64,000 nucleotides of DNA, from the NCBI RefSeq assembly GCF_006345805.1, contig NC_043000.1, positions 131,130,001 through 131,194,000 on the forward strand. The letters are read 5' to 3'. The DNA comes from Octopus sinensis (taxonomy: Eukaryota). The stretch's first letter is position 1; every line of letters begins with the position of its first letter. The notes beneath the pieces are model-generated. The model saw nothing but the letters and a program-made list of their open reading frames with translations, did not search any database and had not been told where the DNA came from. This document shows positions 40,100-51,800 of the stretch, in pieces. A program made the translations under genes and the position numbers.

Positions 40100-40790
40100 A
40101 TTATAATAATAATAATAATGAAGTTATTGTATACAGTGATTACGTGCACTACAACTTGTCAAAGGTGCGTATAAAGCATATGCACTAATGTACAAATGTC
40201 TAGAAAGTGAACAGTGTATGAGTCACATACATGCTTGTGTGTGTATGGAGAGGAGAAAATCAGGTGTAGTGTTGGCGAATCTCAGGAAGCATGGATGTTT
40301 TGAAGGATGCAGTGCTCCGACAACTAACAACTGATGCCGGCAGTTTGTTCCATGCTTCAGCAACTCTTAGCATGAAAAATGTTTCTGAAAGTCAAGGGAG
40401 CTGTGCTGTTTTCTGAGTTTGTAAACATGTCCACGGGTGTTAGACAGGTGAAGTTTGAAAAGGTCCTCAAAGTTATTGTTTGTAAGATGGTTAATAATTT
40501 TATGGGTGTCTGCCAAGTCAGCTGCCAGGCGTTGGAGATTTAATGTATCCATGCCCAGGGAAGTAAGGTGTTCAGAATATAACAAATGCCTGATGGAGGG
40601 TATTCTCTTGGTTGCACGTCGCTGAACGGTCTCCAAACGATTAATATCCTGGGCAAGATAGGGGTTCCAGACTGGTGATGCAAATTCCAGGTGAGGCCAC
40701 ACCATAGCTATATAAAGCCACTGATAGATAGCTGGAGAGCAGCTTACAAAGGACTTGGTAAGTGATGCCAAGACACTGGCAACGGCCATG
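40100..40790 (-). mobile_element. CR1-like LINE 3' fragment (same family as 32460; short end also at 37277-37435)
   Basis: LYIAMVWPHLEFASPVWNPYLAQDINRLETVQRRATKRIP. Confidence 0.85.
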
Positions 40791-40859
40791 CTCGAATGGT
40801 GCTTTTTTACATGCCAATGGCACAGGACCAGTCAGGCGGCACTGGCATTGATGGTTAGT

Positions 40860-41190
40860 AATCTAGTACCTTTCTGGCACTCCATCATTTACAACAAGGG
40901 TTCTAGCTGATTCAAGCAACAGAAAAGCCCGCTCATGGAATTGACATGCAAGTGGCTGAGCATTCCGCAAACATGTATAATCTTAAAATAATTCTCAGAA
41001 AGATTCAGCATGACACAGAATACAACAAGGCTGGCCTTTGAATTGCAGATATAACTCTTGTTTGTCAGTTGAGTGGACTGGAGCGATGTGAAATAAAGTG
41101 TCTTGCTCAAGAACACAACATGCTGCCAGGAATTGAACTCATGATCTTATATTTGTGAGCTGAATACCCTAACTGCTAAGCCATGCACCG
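40860..41190 (-). mobile_element. SINE family C (other copies near 2088, 16482, 30245, 61765)
   Basis: Homologous to 14098-14392. Confidence 0.75.
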
Positions 41191-41329
41191 ACACTGTACC
41201 TTAATTGTACAGCTATAAATAGTAATGAATTTGTTCACTGAACATTCCAATAAAGTCTATATGAGTGTGACGGAGTGAGTTTGTGTGTGTGTGTGTGTCT
41301 GCATGTGTATATGTGTGTGTGTGCGCACG

Positions 41330-41374
<45 letters not shown>

Positions 41375-42008
41375 GTGTGTGTGTTTGCATGCATGTTTGG
41401 TTACACACGAGGAACAAGTTTGTGGTGTGATGTAGAAATCTTTTAGCATTTTTGGGAAACAGATTTTAAGTTGAAGTTAATGTACATTTTTTTCTTCTTC
41501 TTCTTGTGTATGTTGACAGGTAATTAATTCTAAAGGAAGAGGGTACTGCTTGTGTGAATAGCATCAGAGTGACCAAACAACTAAAGGAAAGAGGGAAGGA
41601 GAGGGAAGAGGGGGAGGACGATGGGGTGTGATGTCAAGAGGGGCAAAAAATATATAAAAACTGAGATGAGTTTGATATTTATTTACTGAGATTGAAAACA
41701 TACATTACATACCCTGAATGCCAGCTTTGCTTTCAAACCCATACATTGTTGCTACTGTATTGCACTGGCAGTTGAAGTCATAAGATTCCAGCTAGTAGAA
41801 ACCTGTCATGTGGCATTCAGATGTCTTTATCAGATGTTGTTTCTTTGCCAAACATTTAGATAAGATATTTGTGTGTATCATTCAAAAAAATAAAATTTAG
41901 GGAGGCCAAAAATTTGTATGTAAGCACTGCATTTTTACCAAGGAGTAACTCTTTTCCTTCAAACTGAAAAAAAACAACAAATAAGGTTTTTACAGCTGAA
42001 TTCTATAA

Positions 42009-42500
42009 TCATCATCATCATCATCATCATCGTTTAACGTCCGCTTTCCATGCTAGCATGGGTTGGACGAATGACTAAGGGTTGGCGAACCAGATGGCTT
42101 GCACCAGGTTTCAATCTTGATCTGGTAGAGTTTCTACAGCTGGATGCCCTTCCTAACACCAACCACTCTGAGAGTGTAGTGGGTGCTTTTACATGCCACT
42201 GGCACAGGGCCAGTCAGGTGGTACTGGCAACGACCATGCTCGAATCTTTTACACATGGCATCGGCACAGGTGCCAGTAAGGTGATGCTGGTAACAATCAT
42301 GCTCGAATGGTGTCTTTTACGTGCCACCGGCACGGAGGCCAGATAGCCACTCTGGCAACGATTATGCTCGGATGGTGCTCTTAATACCCTACTAGCACTG
42401 GGCTCAAGTGCCAGTAAGGCGACGTTGGTAACGATCACGCTCGAATGGTGCCTTTTAAGTGCCACTGGCACGGAAGCCGGTTAGCCGCTCTGTCAATGAT
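42009..42500 (-). mobile_element. RTE 3'UTR-type element (further short copies near 29670, 31960, 39420, 46685, 50230, 50760)
   Basis: (CAT)n tail plus the conserved CAGCTGGATGCCCTTCCTAAC motif. Confidence 0.75.
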
Positions 42501-42739
42501 AATACAAGTAATAATGTTCCATCATATGCACTCAAAGATTGAAGGGCTTCTTCAGTTTTCATATGGTACTGATATTTACTGACAAAGATATTCTGTTATG
42601 TTACTTTTGTGACTTTTAGTCATCAGTCATTTTTCTGGATATACAGAAACAATAAAATTCCGTTGAGTAAAATTAAGTTCTTTATGAATTTAGACTGAAA
42701 TAAATGACATACACACAATCACACACACGTATATATATA

Positions 42740-43071
42740 CTAGCAGTATCGCCCGGCGTTGCTCGGGTTTGTAAGGGAAATAACTATATAAGCATTTTTA
42801 GAGAGTTATAGCAAAAAAATAGCAAAAAAATGCATTAAAAATGGAAAAAAAATTATGGTAAATTTTTTTTTAAATCGTTGACTCATCGTAGACATTTTTA
42901 GAGAGTTACTTCCCTTATATAATAGCGAAAAATGCAATACCCAGAAGGGCTCGATATGAATCACGACTATAAGATACCCGGTTTTGGTTAAACTGCACCG
43001 CAAAATGTGGGAGTAGTTAGGAATCTAAATCGTAGGAGACAGACATACAACTTGACTTTTATATATAAAGA
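42740..43071 (-). mobile_element. Non-autonomous Helitron (left member of the head-to-head pair)
   Basis: On the minus strand it starts TCTTTATATATAAAA and ends with the hairpin CCCGAGCAACGCCGGG plus CTAG, between A and T. Confidence 0.8.
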
Positions 43072-43077
43072 TATATA

Positions 43078-43583
43078 TCTATATATATAAAACTCTAGTT
43101 GTGTGAGTGTCTGTCCCCTTCGATTTAGATTCCTAACTCCTCCCACATTTTGCGGTGCAGTTTAACCAAATTCGGGTATCTTATAGTCGTGATTCATATC
43201 GAGCCTGTCTGACTATTAGCGCGCGTCAATGATGAGTCTACGATTTTAAAAATAATTTAACATCATTTTTTATTCCATTTTAATGCATAAAATGCATTGT
43301 ATGTCGATGGCGGCAGAGTTGGCGTCCACGCTCACAGCTGCACCTGTTTGCTTCTCCCCCTTCCCTCCCTCGTGAAGCTGTGGGGAAGGGAGTGTAAAGA
43401 AATCAACGTCGTAATGCGTTGTGAAGGAAACCAGCGTTCTTTTAGAACAACGACTTCATGGCTTGAAGACACCAAAACAAAAATGGCTAAGAAAGCCCGA
43501 ATTTATAAGGGAAGTAACTCTCTAAAAATGCTTATATAGTTATTTCCCTTACAAACCCGAGCAACGCCGGGCGATACTGCTAG
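43078..43583 (+). mobile_element. Non-autonomous Helitron (right member of the head-to-head pair)
   Basis: Starts A|TCTATATATATAAAA and ends with the hairpin CCCGAGCAACGCCGGG...CTAG|T. Confidence 0.85.
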
Positions 43584-43594
43584 TATATATATAA

Positions 43595-43800
43595 AACAAT
43601 AATTATGGGTTTAGCAACAAGTTGCTTCACCACATACCGAAAATTTAGAAATAGCAGCCAAAACATCGTTATTTTCTTTTCACTACAAAATATGACTATG
43701 TGAGTTACAGATATTGTTATCTGTGGAGTCATATTTTGGTTGCTATTTCGAAATTTTCGGTATGTGATGAAGCAACTTGTTGCTAAACCCTCAATTATTG

Positions 43801-43802
<2 letters not shown>
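43595..43802. mobile_element. Foldback/MITE-like hairpin element in (TA)n
   Basis: 69-bp arms (43595-43663 vs 43734-43802) with 5 mismatches, plus an inner CAAAATATGACT...AGTCATATTTTG hairpin. Confidence 0.75.
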
Positions 43803-43866
<64 letters not shown>

Positions 43867-44050
43867 GAGTGTATTTTTACCTTGTTAACAATTAACACGG
43901 AAAAATAAATAAATAGTTACCAGGGCAGCAAAAATCTCACAAGTAAAGATGTTGTAACTCCTTGTTTATAAAGGTTGAAACTTCGTGTTTACGTTGAATA
44001 TTTTGAATAATATGAATAAAAAATGGAGTTAACACAGGTTTAAACAAGTA

Positions 44051-44148
44051 TTTTTACTTTCGACACATGTTTCGAAAATTCCACTGATACTATTCAAAAG
44101 AATAAATGGTATAAACAATGCAATCTTCTCTTCGGGAAAGTGAAAAAA
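44051..44148 (-). ncRNA. Type I hammerhead ribozyme motif (Penelope-like terminus), core U4-to-C variant
   Basis: On the minus strand: stem I ACTTTC/GAAAGT, core CCGAAGA (consensus CUGANGA), stem II GAAGATT/AATTTTC closed by G-C, GAAA, stem III AC-ATGT-GT, and a GUC cleavage triplet. Confidence 0.6.
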
Positions 44149-44380
44149 ACAAAACTCATCAATACGACATCTTAGCAATATATATATAAAAAAAATATAT
44201 ATATATATAAAAATATATATATATATAAAAAAAATATATATATATAAAAAATTTTTGTATAAGTTTTTACCGAATATGGTTCTTTTCCATACCGAAACTA
44301 CTTGGTAAAATTTATTATTAAATTAATAATTTTTTTACCCTATATCTATAATGATTATATATATATATATATATACATAT

Positions 44381-44895
44381 ACGAGCAAAACGCCACCACC
44401 ACCCCCGTCCAATGGACGGTACTGAGTTGTCAAACATTTAAACCAAATTTTCTCACAATTGTCCAACCGTCCCATAGGCCTCCCCTTTGAGAAACACTGA
44501 TTTAACCTAAATTTGAGACACCAGCAAAAGAAGAAATAAAGATAGGCTATTTTCTATTCCAAAGAAAAATGATTTTATCCCCACAAATATGCAACCGAAG
44601 AGTTTAAAGTGCCAGTAATGATAAGACAGTTGACTGGAAGAACTCAAACAAAATAAATACAGTAACAAAAGGGTTAAGCAGTAAGCTTGGCAGGAAAGAA
44701 ACGTACCTTTAAGCAGAACAAAAACAACAAAAACTGGAAGGTGCAGTTATGTACAGGTTGACGGAAGAAAAGCAGGACAAAAATGGCTTTATCGATCACA
44801 TTCTCACCTGGAATCGATTTTTGTAATTTTTTTCAAGACTTATACACGCCCTGATACCATCGGTATCTATATATCAAATTTGAGCGCAATCGGAT
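44381..44895 (-). mobile_element. Helitron-like non-autonomous element, family 2 (longer internal segment)
   Basis: Perfect hairpin CCGTCCAATGGACGG near the end. Both ends match 18240-18549 in reverse complement. Confidence 0.6.
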
Positions 44896-44979
44896 GGATA
44901 AATAAAATGCAGTCGTCTGGCCAGGTGGATCTTTTGAACTTTCAGAACAAGAGAAAAGGAAACCATGATGGTTCTCTGG

Positions 44980-45575
44980 AGGACTTTCATTCTCAGCCCT
45001 CTGGATTATTGCTCCCAACTGTGTTGTCAAACAGTGTAAAATTAACAATGGAACTTGAGGCAATCCAGTGAAGCTACACAATGAAAATTGATACAATGCA
45101 ACATATCAGCTGCTGGAAGAGACTGAAAGAGTTTATTTACTCTCTGGAATGAAGGCAGAACTGATATACAGTAACATACATCTGAAAAACCCTAGAAAAA
45201 TCTGTTCCAAACTTTGGCAGGATGGGGTGCTACTGCATGGTACCAAAGATCCCAATATTGCCATCAGGATACAGGATCAGATACTGCAATAGCTTGGGTT
45301 TCAAAGGGCCACAGCTCTTCAATATCCTTCAACAAAACCTGAGAGAGCTGCATGGTATGGATGTAGGCTTTTTCAAAACAAAACTAGATCTCCTTCTGTC
45401 AAGAGTTCTGGAGGAACCTACCTCTGAGCAAGAAACACAGACATGGGTAGTGACGTCAAACTCCCTCATCCACCAAATGTCACATATCAGAGGAGGTTTA
45501 GTGAAAGAGCAGCAAAGTAAACAGTGGTGCCACAGCATGGCCACAGTCCTTGGACTGAAACTTAAAGAAAAAATA
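44980..45575 (+). mobile_element. CR1-like LINE 3' end, third family (related copy on the minus strand at about 36600-37045)
   Basis: YCNSLGFKGPQLFNILQQNLRELHGMDVGFFKTKLDLLLSRV...NSLIHQM. Confidence 0.75.
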
Positions 45576-45684
45576 GAGCTGGAGTGGGGTATAGTCTCGG
45601 GTGGGTTGGTATCAAAAGGGTTAAACTGCACAACTTAAACACCAGGTTGTAATCAAGACTTGAATGGAGGTCAGTGAATCTTAA

Positions 45685-45905
45685 CCCTTTCGTTACCAAC
45701 ACAGCTGAAACCGGCTCTGGCTCTGAGTTATAAATGTCTTGTTTTCATAAGTTTTGAATTAAAATCTTCCACCAAACCTTAGTCACAATTTATGTTCCTA
45801 ACACTAGCTGAATGATAGCTAAGTTATTTTACTAAATTCTTTGTTATAATTAAAGTAATTGAAAGAAACACAGAGCATCTCAAAATAAATACAGTAATGA
45901 AAGGG
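45685..45905. mobile_element. piggyBac-like TTAA MITE, family 1
   Basis: TTAA|CCCTTTCGTTAC ... GTAATGAAAGGG|TTAA. Confidence 0.85.
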
Positions 45906-46222
45906 TTAAAGTTTTCAATAGTATCCCAACAATTCAATGGACTATAGACCAAAAATTCTGAAAAAAGTAAATCTGAAGGAATGTAAATCAAGTAATATAG
46001 AGAAACTGGTTGGACAGTAGAGAAAATGCACTGTCTGTTACATTAAATACACACAATTAATTGCATGTTGACAGATTGTACATTCTTATACTAATAACAC
46101 AGCTGAACAAACAAGTTAACTTCCTATTTGGCTACTTGAAATACGCAGAACATTTAGACTTGTTTGCATCCAAGTAAAGGTAATGTTTATTGTATCAAAT
46201 TTTGTCTTTGATTTATTATTTA

Positions 46223-46614
46223 CTAGCAGTATCGCCTGGCATTACTCAGGTTTGTTTCAACCCTTTAGAATTGGAATTTTTGAAAAGTAAAAATTTTGCA
46301 TTATGTAGCTTGTTATTCTCTTTAAGTGAACATTTTTCTGGTTGAAATACACCGAAAAATAATGACACAGCAGTCAAAAACTCGTAAAAAATAGGGATTT
46401 TCATAGAAAAAAAGCACCTTTTTGATGTAAATAATTTTTGGTGTTAACATGGTCCGATTTGAATTTTTTCTTCTACGGAAGGAAGAGCAAGCCTTCTTCT
46501 ATCATACTATCAATTTTGGTCAACTTGCACCACAGGGTCTCGAAGGAGATAGTGTTAGTTGAAGGCTACCAAACCTGCCATACGCAGACAACTTCAGCTT
46601 TATATATATAGAGA
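46223..46614 (-). mobile_element. Non-autonomous Helitron sharing the 3' end of the 42740-43583 family
   Basis: CTAGCAGTATCGCC(T)GGC at 46223; the minus-strand 5' end is TCTCTATATATATAAAG. Confidence 0.7.
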
Positions 46615-46967
46615 TTAAAATTACTGAATGCTTTTGAGGCATGAGACTGAATAGCTATGATGTTCAGAAACTAGATTACTGACCATCATAATCATTTAAA
46701 GTCCATTTCCTTTGCAGGCATCGGGTGGACAGTTTGACAAGATCCAGTGAGCCATAAAGCTGCATCAAACTCTAATGTCTGTGTTGGCATGGTTTCTACA
46801 GCTGGATACCCTTCCTAATGCCAATTGCTATACAGTGTGTACTGGGTGCTTTTCTCATGCTACTGTCACTGAGTAACTTGCAAGACAAGAAAAGAATAGA
46901 AAAAGAAAAGAAAATGCCCATCCTTGACTAAGTGGGCCACTACATGGAAATTAGTATCTAGCTAGTA

Positions 46968-47870
46968 CATGGTCTGATCAATAAGTATCCGGACTGTTGC
47001 CATAGTAATGAAGCTAAAGCACACAGAGTGAATCCACTTAACACATTGACCTTGAACTCCGTTGTGAATGCATACTAAGTTTTAACGTTCTAGCTCATTT
47101 CCACTGCTTACAGCAGTGCTTGGAAGGAAGGTGTGTAGCATGTGATTGCCGCATTGACCATGACAGAGAAAACTGAGCAGAGAATCTGCATCAAATATTG
47201 CCAAAAGCTTGGCAATACCTGCTCAGTGGCCTATGCAAAGTTTTCAAAAAGTTTCCATCATTCTCAACACAATCAAGATCTTGTGCAACTGAAATCTGAG
47301 TGCTGAAGCCTGAGTGTCTTTTTGGTCAGTTGAAAGCAGTTTTGGCACAAACTTGGCAGACACACATCTCATACCCAAATCTTCAATGATAATGGACTGA
47401 ACTGAACCATAACTAATCTGCACATCCTCTGATAACTCATAGATGATGATTCAAGGATTTCCCCTCACAGCTACATGCACATCTGTGATGTTTATCTCAG
47501 TTCTGCTGGTTGCAGGTCTCCCAGAACGTTCATCACTATCGACATTTTTTGGCCATCTTGGAAACGTCTGAAACACTCGTGCACTTGTGTACAGCTCATA
47601 AACTCCTCTCCATACACTTTCTGCAACTTAGTGTAGGCTTCTGAGCAGGTATCGCCATGACAACTTTCACTATCGTGATCAATACAATGATCACACGCTA
47701 CACACCTTCCTACCAAGCACTGCTGTAAACAGTGGAAGTGAACTAGAACATTAAAACTTAGTGCACATGCACAGTAGAATTCAAGGTCAATCTTAGCCAG
47801 GCAGCTTCATTTTGTGTGCTTTAGCCTTGTTACTATGGCAACAGTCCAGATACTTATTGATCAGACCTTG
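46968..47870 (-). mobile_element. Non-autonomous mariner (irritans/Hsmar2-like) with about 270-bp inverted 5' ends
   Basis: 41-bp TIRs with 2 mismatches (CATGGTCTGATCAATAAGTATCCGGACTGTTGCCATAGTAA) and TA on both sides. The minus strand gives GDTCSEAYTKLQKVYGEE...LGMRCVSAKFVPKLL...NFLK; the plus strand gives MTEKTEQRICIKYCQKLG. Confidence 0.85.
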
Positions 47871-48665
47871 TACATATGTTGTTATGTTGTTCCCTTGGTC
47901 AAGGTAAAACATTCTGCTTGCCACAGTCTACCTGGTTGGCGACAACTTCCACTTCTATTTTACAATCAAGTTAGTTGTTTATGGTAAAGAAAACATCTAA
48001 CTGTAAAAACTCATTTCTTCAAACAAATGCAAATTTGCAAAATTCATCTCACCCATGTTTACATAAAGAAATTGATGTTAAACTGTAATAAAATATAAAT
48101 AATATGGTTCTACATATTTTACTGGTTGCATTTATTACACTGTGGCCATGCTGGAGCACTTCTTCAAGGGTCTTAGAAGAGTATATTGTTTCCAGTACTT
48201 TTTTTCTGGTGCTTATTTTCTTGACTTCAAAATAGACTGAAAATCAAAGTCAACAAAGCATGAAGAGATGTGATCAGCATGGATTAAAATACCACAAGGT
48301 ATTTTCATATGACTGTTCAATTCTTTGCATCCCACACTGATAAGTACACACACATAGATGTAGGTTGAAAGAGTTCCACATAAATTTAGAACCCAAAGCC
48401 TTCAAACTTAGTAGTCAAATATCTCAGTTTTATCTACATTCAATAAATCCTGTTGAGTCAAAGATGATATAAAGACTTCATAATGTCCGTCTATATTAAC
48501 AATGTATTTGTTGAAAATTATTGATTTACTATGCTTTTTGTTTTGTTTTGTTTTGTTTTAATTCAAGCAAATGTAAACTTTAGTAGAATTATTGAATCTA
48601 TATATTTCTTACCTGAGGATATATTAGTTGCTGCTGTTGTGAAACCATAGGTTATCCATGATTAA

Positions 48666-48887
48666 CCCTTTTGTTACCATATTTCTGTTGAGATGTTCTG
48701 GGTTTCTTTCAATTAATTTTAAATATAACAGAGAATCTAGTAAAATAACTTAGTTATCGTTAAGCTAGTGTTAGGAACATAAATTGTGACTAAGGTTTGG
48801 TGGAAGATTTTAATTCAGAACATTTGAAAACAAGACATTTATACTACTTAGACAGAGGTGGTTTCAGTCAGGTTGGTATCAAAAGGG
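48666..48887. mobile_element. piggyBac-like TTAA MITE, family 1 (opposite orientation)
   Basis: TTAA|CCCTTTTGTTAC ... GTATCAAAAGGG|TTAA; the body is the reverse complement of 45685-45905. Confidence 0.8.
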
Positions 48888-51800
48888 TTAAAAAGAACCT
48901 ATGATCAAAGCTATTCCGGCCATGACTTTATGAATGAAGAACATTTAAATTCTATTCATAGCAAGTTGAGCAACTACAAAGGGACTTCCTTGTTGTTTTG
49001 AGACATATAAAAGAAATGGTGTAGGAGAGATTCTTGTTTATTCTGAGCGTTCTCTTAGTTAAACTTCTCTTGACCCAAAGATTGAAGAATGACAAGCAAT
49101 GAATAGATCCAATATGATTTTTTGGTTTAATCTTTTCACTGGTAGCCAAGTACAACTAAACATTTTTTATTTACCTTTCTCCACCACAACATTTTGGTAT
49201 TGACATCTATAGCGGTTTGGTTACTGTTAGTGTAATGCTACTTTTATATGTTTCCTATTTGGAAATAGATAATAAATATATTTTACTTTTGAAGTAGGAA
49301 TATATATTGATAAACCCGTCACTTATAACTTACTTATAAGTGTTATTATTATACATAAATCCTGACTCCAGCTACATAAACGCCACAGCGAGAAATATAT
49401 TCTCTGAAACGCTAACTGACATTTTATGTGTGCATGTATGTTGAAGATAAATAAATTTGTGTTCTTTTAACCTCTATCAAAAAATACAATTTCATAATTA
49501 CAGAAATATATTTCATTAACAAGTTGAAGAACATGAATAAAGAGAAAATAATTACCACATTAGTTTATTTATGTATATTTAGCATTTATAGTACAATTGG
49601 AAAGTAAAGTCATTTTGTCGTAGAGAATTACGACTTAAAAGTCACACTAGCTAATTCTTCATACTAACTACTAGTGTTCCCAACAATTCAAATATGCCTT
49701 GTTGGATTTTTATCATAGACATGGCATAAAAAATAACCAATATCTCAAAGGAGTGAGTGTCGTGGAGTTTAGTAACATCCCACAAACACTAAAGTTTTCC
49801 CCAAAAATTCAGGGTTCAACTTGACTTTAAAGAATTGAAATCGCATAAAAATATTCTTTTACTAATTTTCAGAATTCCTATATGAGCAGTTATTTCAACC
49901 AATGGGAAAACAACAATCATATTTCCTCGGCAATACAACATTACGTCATATTGCCAGCTGCCACAAATTGGTGGTGCTATTTGAATGGCTGCAGGTATAG
50001 CTATGTGGTTAAGAAGCTTACTTACCAACTAAGCAGTCATGGGTCCAGCCCCACTGCATGGCACCTTCAATAAGTGTCTTCTACTGTAGCCCTAGGCTGA
50101 TCAAAACCTTGTGAATGGTCTTGGTAGAGAGAAACTGAAAGATATATGTGCATATGCATGTATGTTTGTGTGTGTGTGTACATGTATATAATGTGTATGA
50201 GCGTGTGTGTGTGTGTATATGTGTGTACCCTTGTCCTGACATCACATGATAGTTATAAATAAGTGTCGCCTTCATACAAGTAGTGCCCCCTGTTTCCAGC
50301 CACAAGGAAATATGACCTTGCTTGGAAACAGGTGAGGGTTGATGACAGGAAGGGCATCCAACCATAAAAAAATCTGCTTCAACAAATTCCATCCATCCCA
50401 TGCAAGCATGCAAAAGTAAGTTGCTCGTTTCCATACCGTCAAAACGGTAGAGGAGTAGGGGCTGAAACCAGATGTGGTTCCTCCTGATGATGTCTTGAGC
50501 AAACTGGATCCTATAAAGGAGCTGTTGTGGTAGCAAACCACGAAACACGGTTGAAATTCCCTCATCACACTTTCTGCCCTTCATCTTCTACTACACTCTC
50601 ACCCAAAGTACACAACTCTACTCCCATAGTCTTACAACTTTTACCCATCCGTCCTGATTCTCCTGTCAAGGCTATCTTGATCTTCTGGTCATCTTCTCAG
50701 AATTGCTACCTTGAGTGAACAAATGCATCATAGAGCATTTGTTCTAACAGGATACAAAACAACTTCACCAGTGCCAATACCACAATAAAATGCACTCACT
50801 ACACTCTCTAAAGGAGTCGGTTATGGGAAGGGCATCCATCCACAAGAACCAGGTCAATAAAATCTATGACTGAAATACGATCCTACAACTCATCTAGGAG
50901 AACAGTAACTCCAAATAAGAATTGACTTGGATCTTGATGACACATTCAGCCTATGCTTGCATGGAAAACACATAAAATGTTGGTGAGGAGAAGGGTTGTA
51001 TGGACCAGTAGGGTTTGTTCTGTTTTTAGATACCTTTCTAATATCAGACACTCAATTTGAAACAAGAGTGTCATTTTTTTTTTTTTTTTGTTAAGCTTTG
51101 TGTTAACTCAAATTGTTTTTTAGAATCATCTTATAATTAGATTAGATTTCTCATCACTTAATTGTTTGGTTTTTTTTTCTTTCACACACCCTGTATCGGT
51201 TGCTCTCCCGACTGTGTCTAGGTGTATTTCCAATTCATTCAAATGGATAATAGTCAGCATTTCCAGTCTTACCCCACAGCACTTAAATTGTTTCAAATTT
51301 TGACACAAGGTCTGCACTTTTTAAATACTCAACTAATATTTTACTAAATCAACCCAGGAGGAATAAAAAAAAGCAAAGTTGACTGCAGCAGAAATTGAGC
51401 TCAAAAACTCAAGAGATCTTGACAAATGCTATCAAGTATTTTCCCACTGCTCTAATAATCCCACCACTTTGTAGTTTGTCCCATACCACCTAAATTAAAC
51501 TAGATTTATGCTGAGCTATTTTGCTATTGACCTATGTTAAATTTATTCAATTTTTTTTCTGTGGAAAATAATTCGTGAAAGAAAATTTAGCTTTTGACAT
51601 TTTTTTTATTAGAGTATGCTTGTTTACCTAAGCCATACAGGTTTTTTTTTGTTGCACGGTCATGTTTTCTTTGTTGTATTATATAGTTTACTGTCTTTGT
51701 TATAGTTTTTTATTGTTAAGCCTACCTGTGACACAGATGTTTTGAAGAGCTGAAAAGTAGTTAAAAATAGTAATAAGCAAATTAGGTACATCTTGCCATC

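Noticed and set aside
48925-49160. Coding-like composition in the intron (ORF 48952-49155)
   Set aside because: There are stops in all plausible frames and no recognisable motif; probably a very old TE remnant.
50480-50525. CTGATGA followed by AAAC as another hammerhead
   Set aside because: The GAAA is incomplete and stems I and II cannot be formed.
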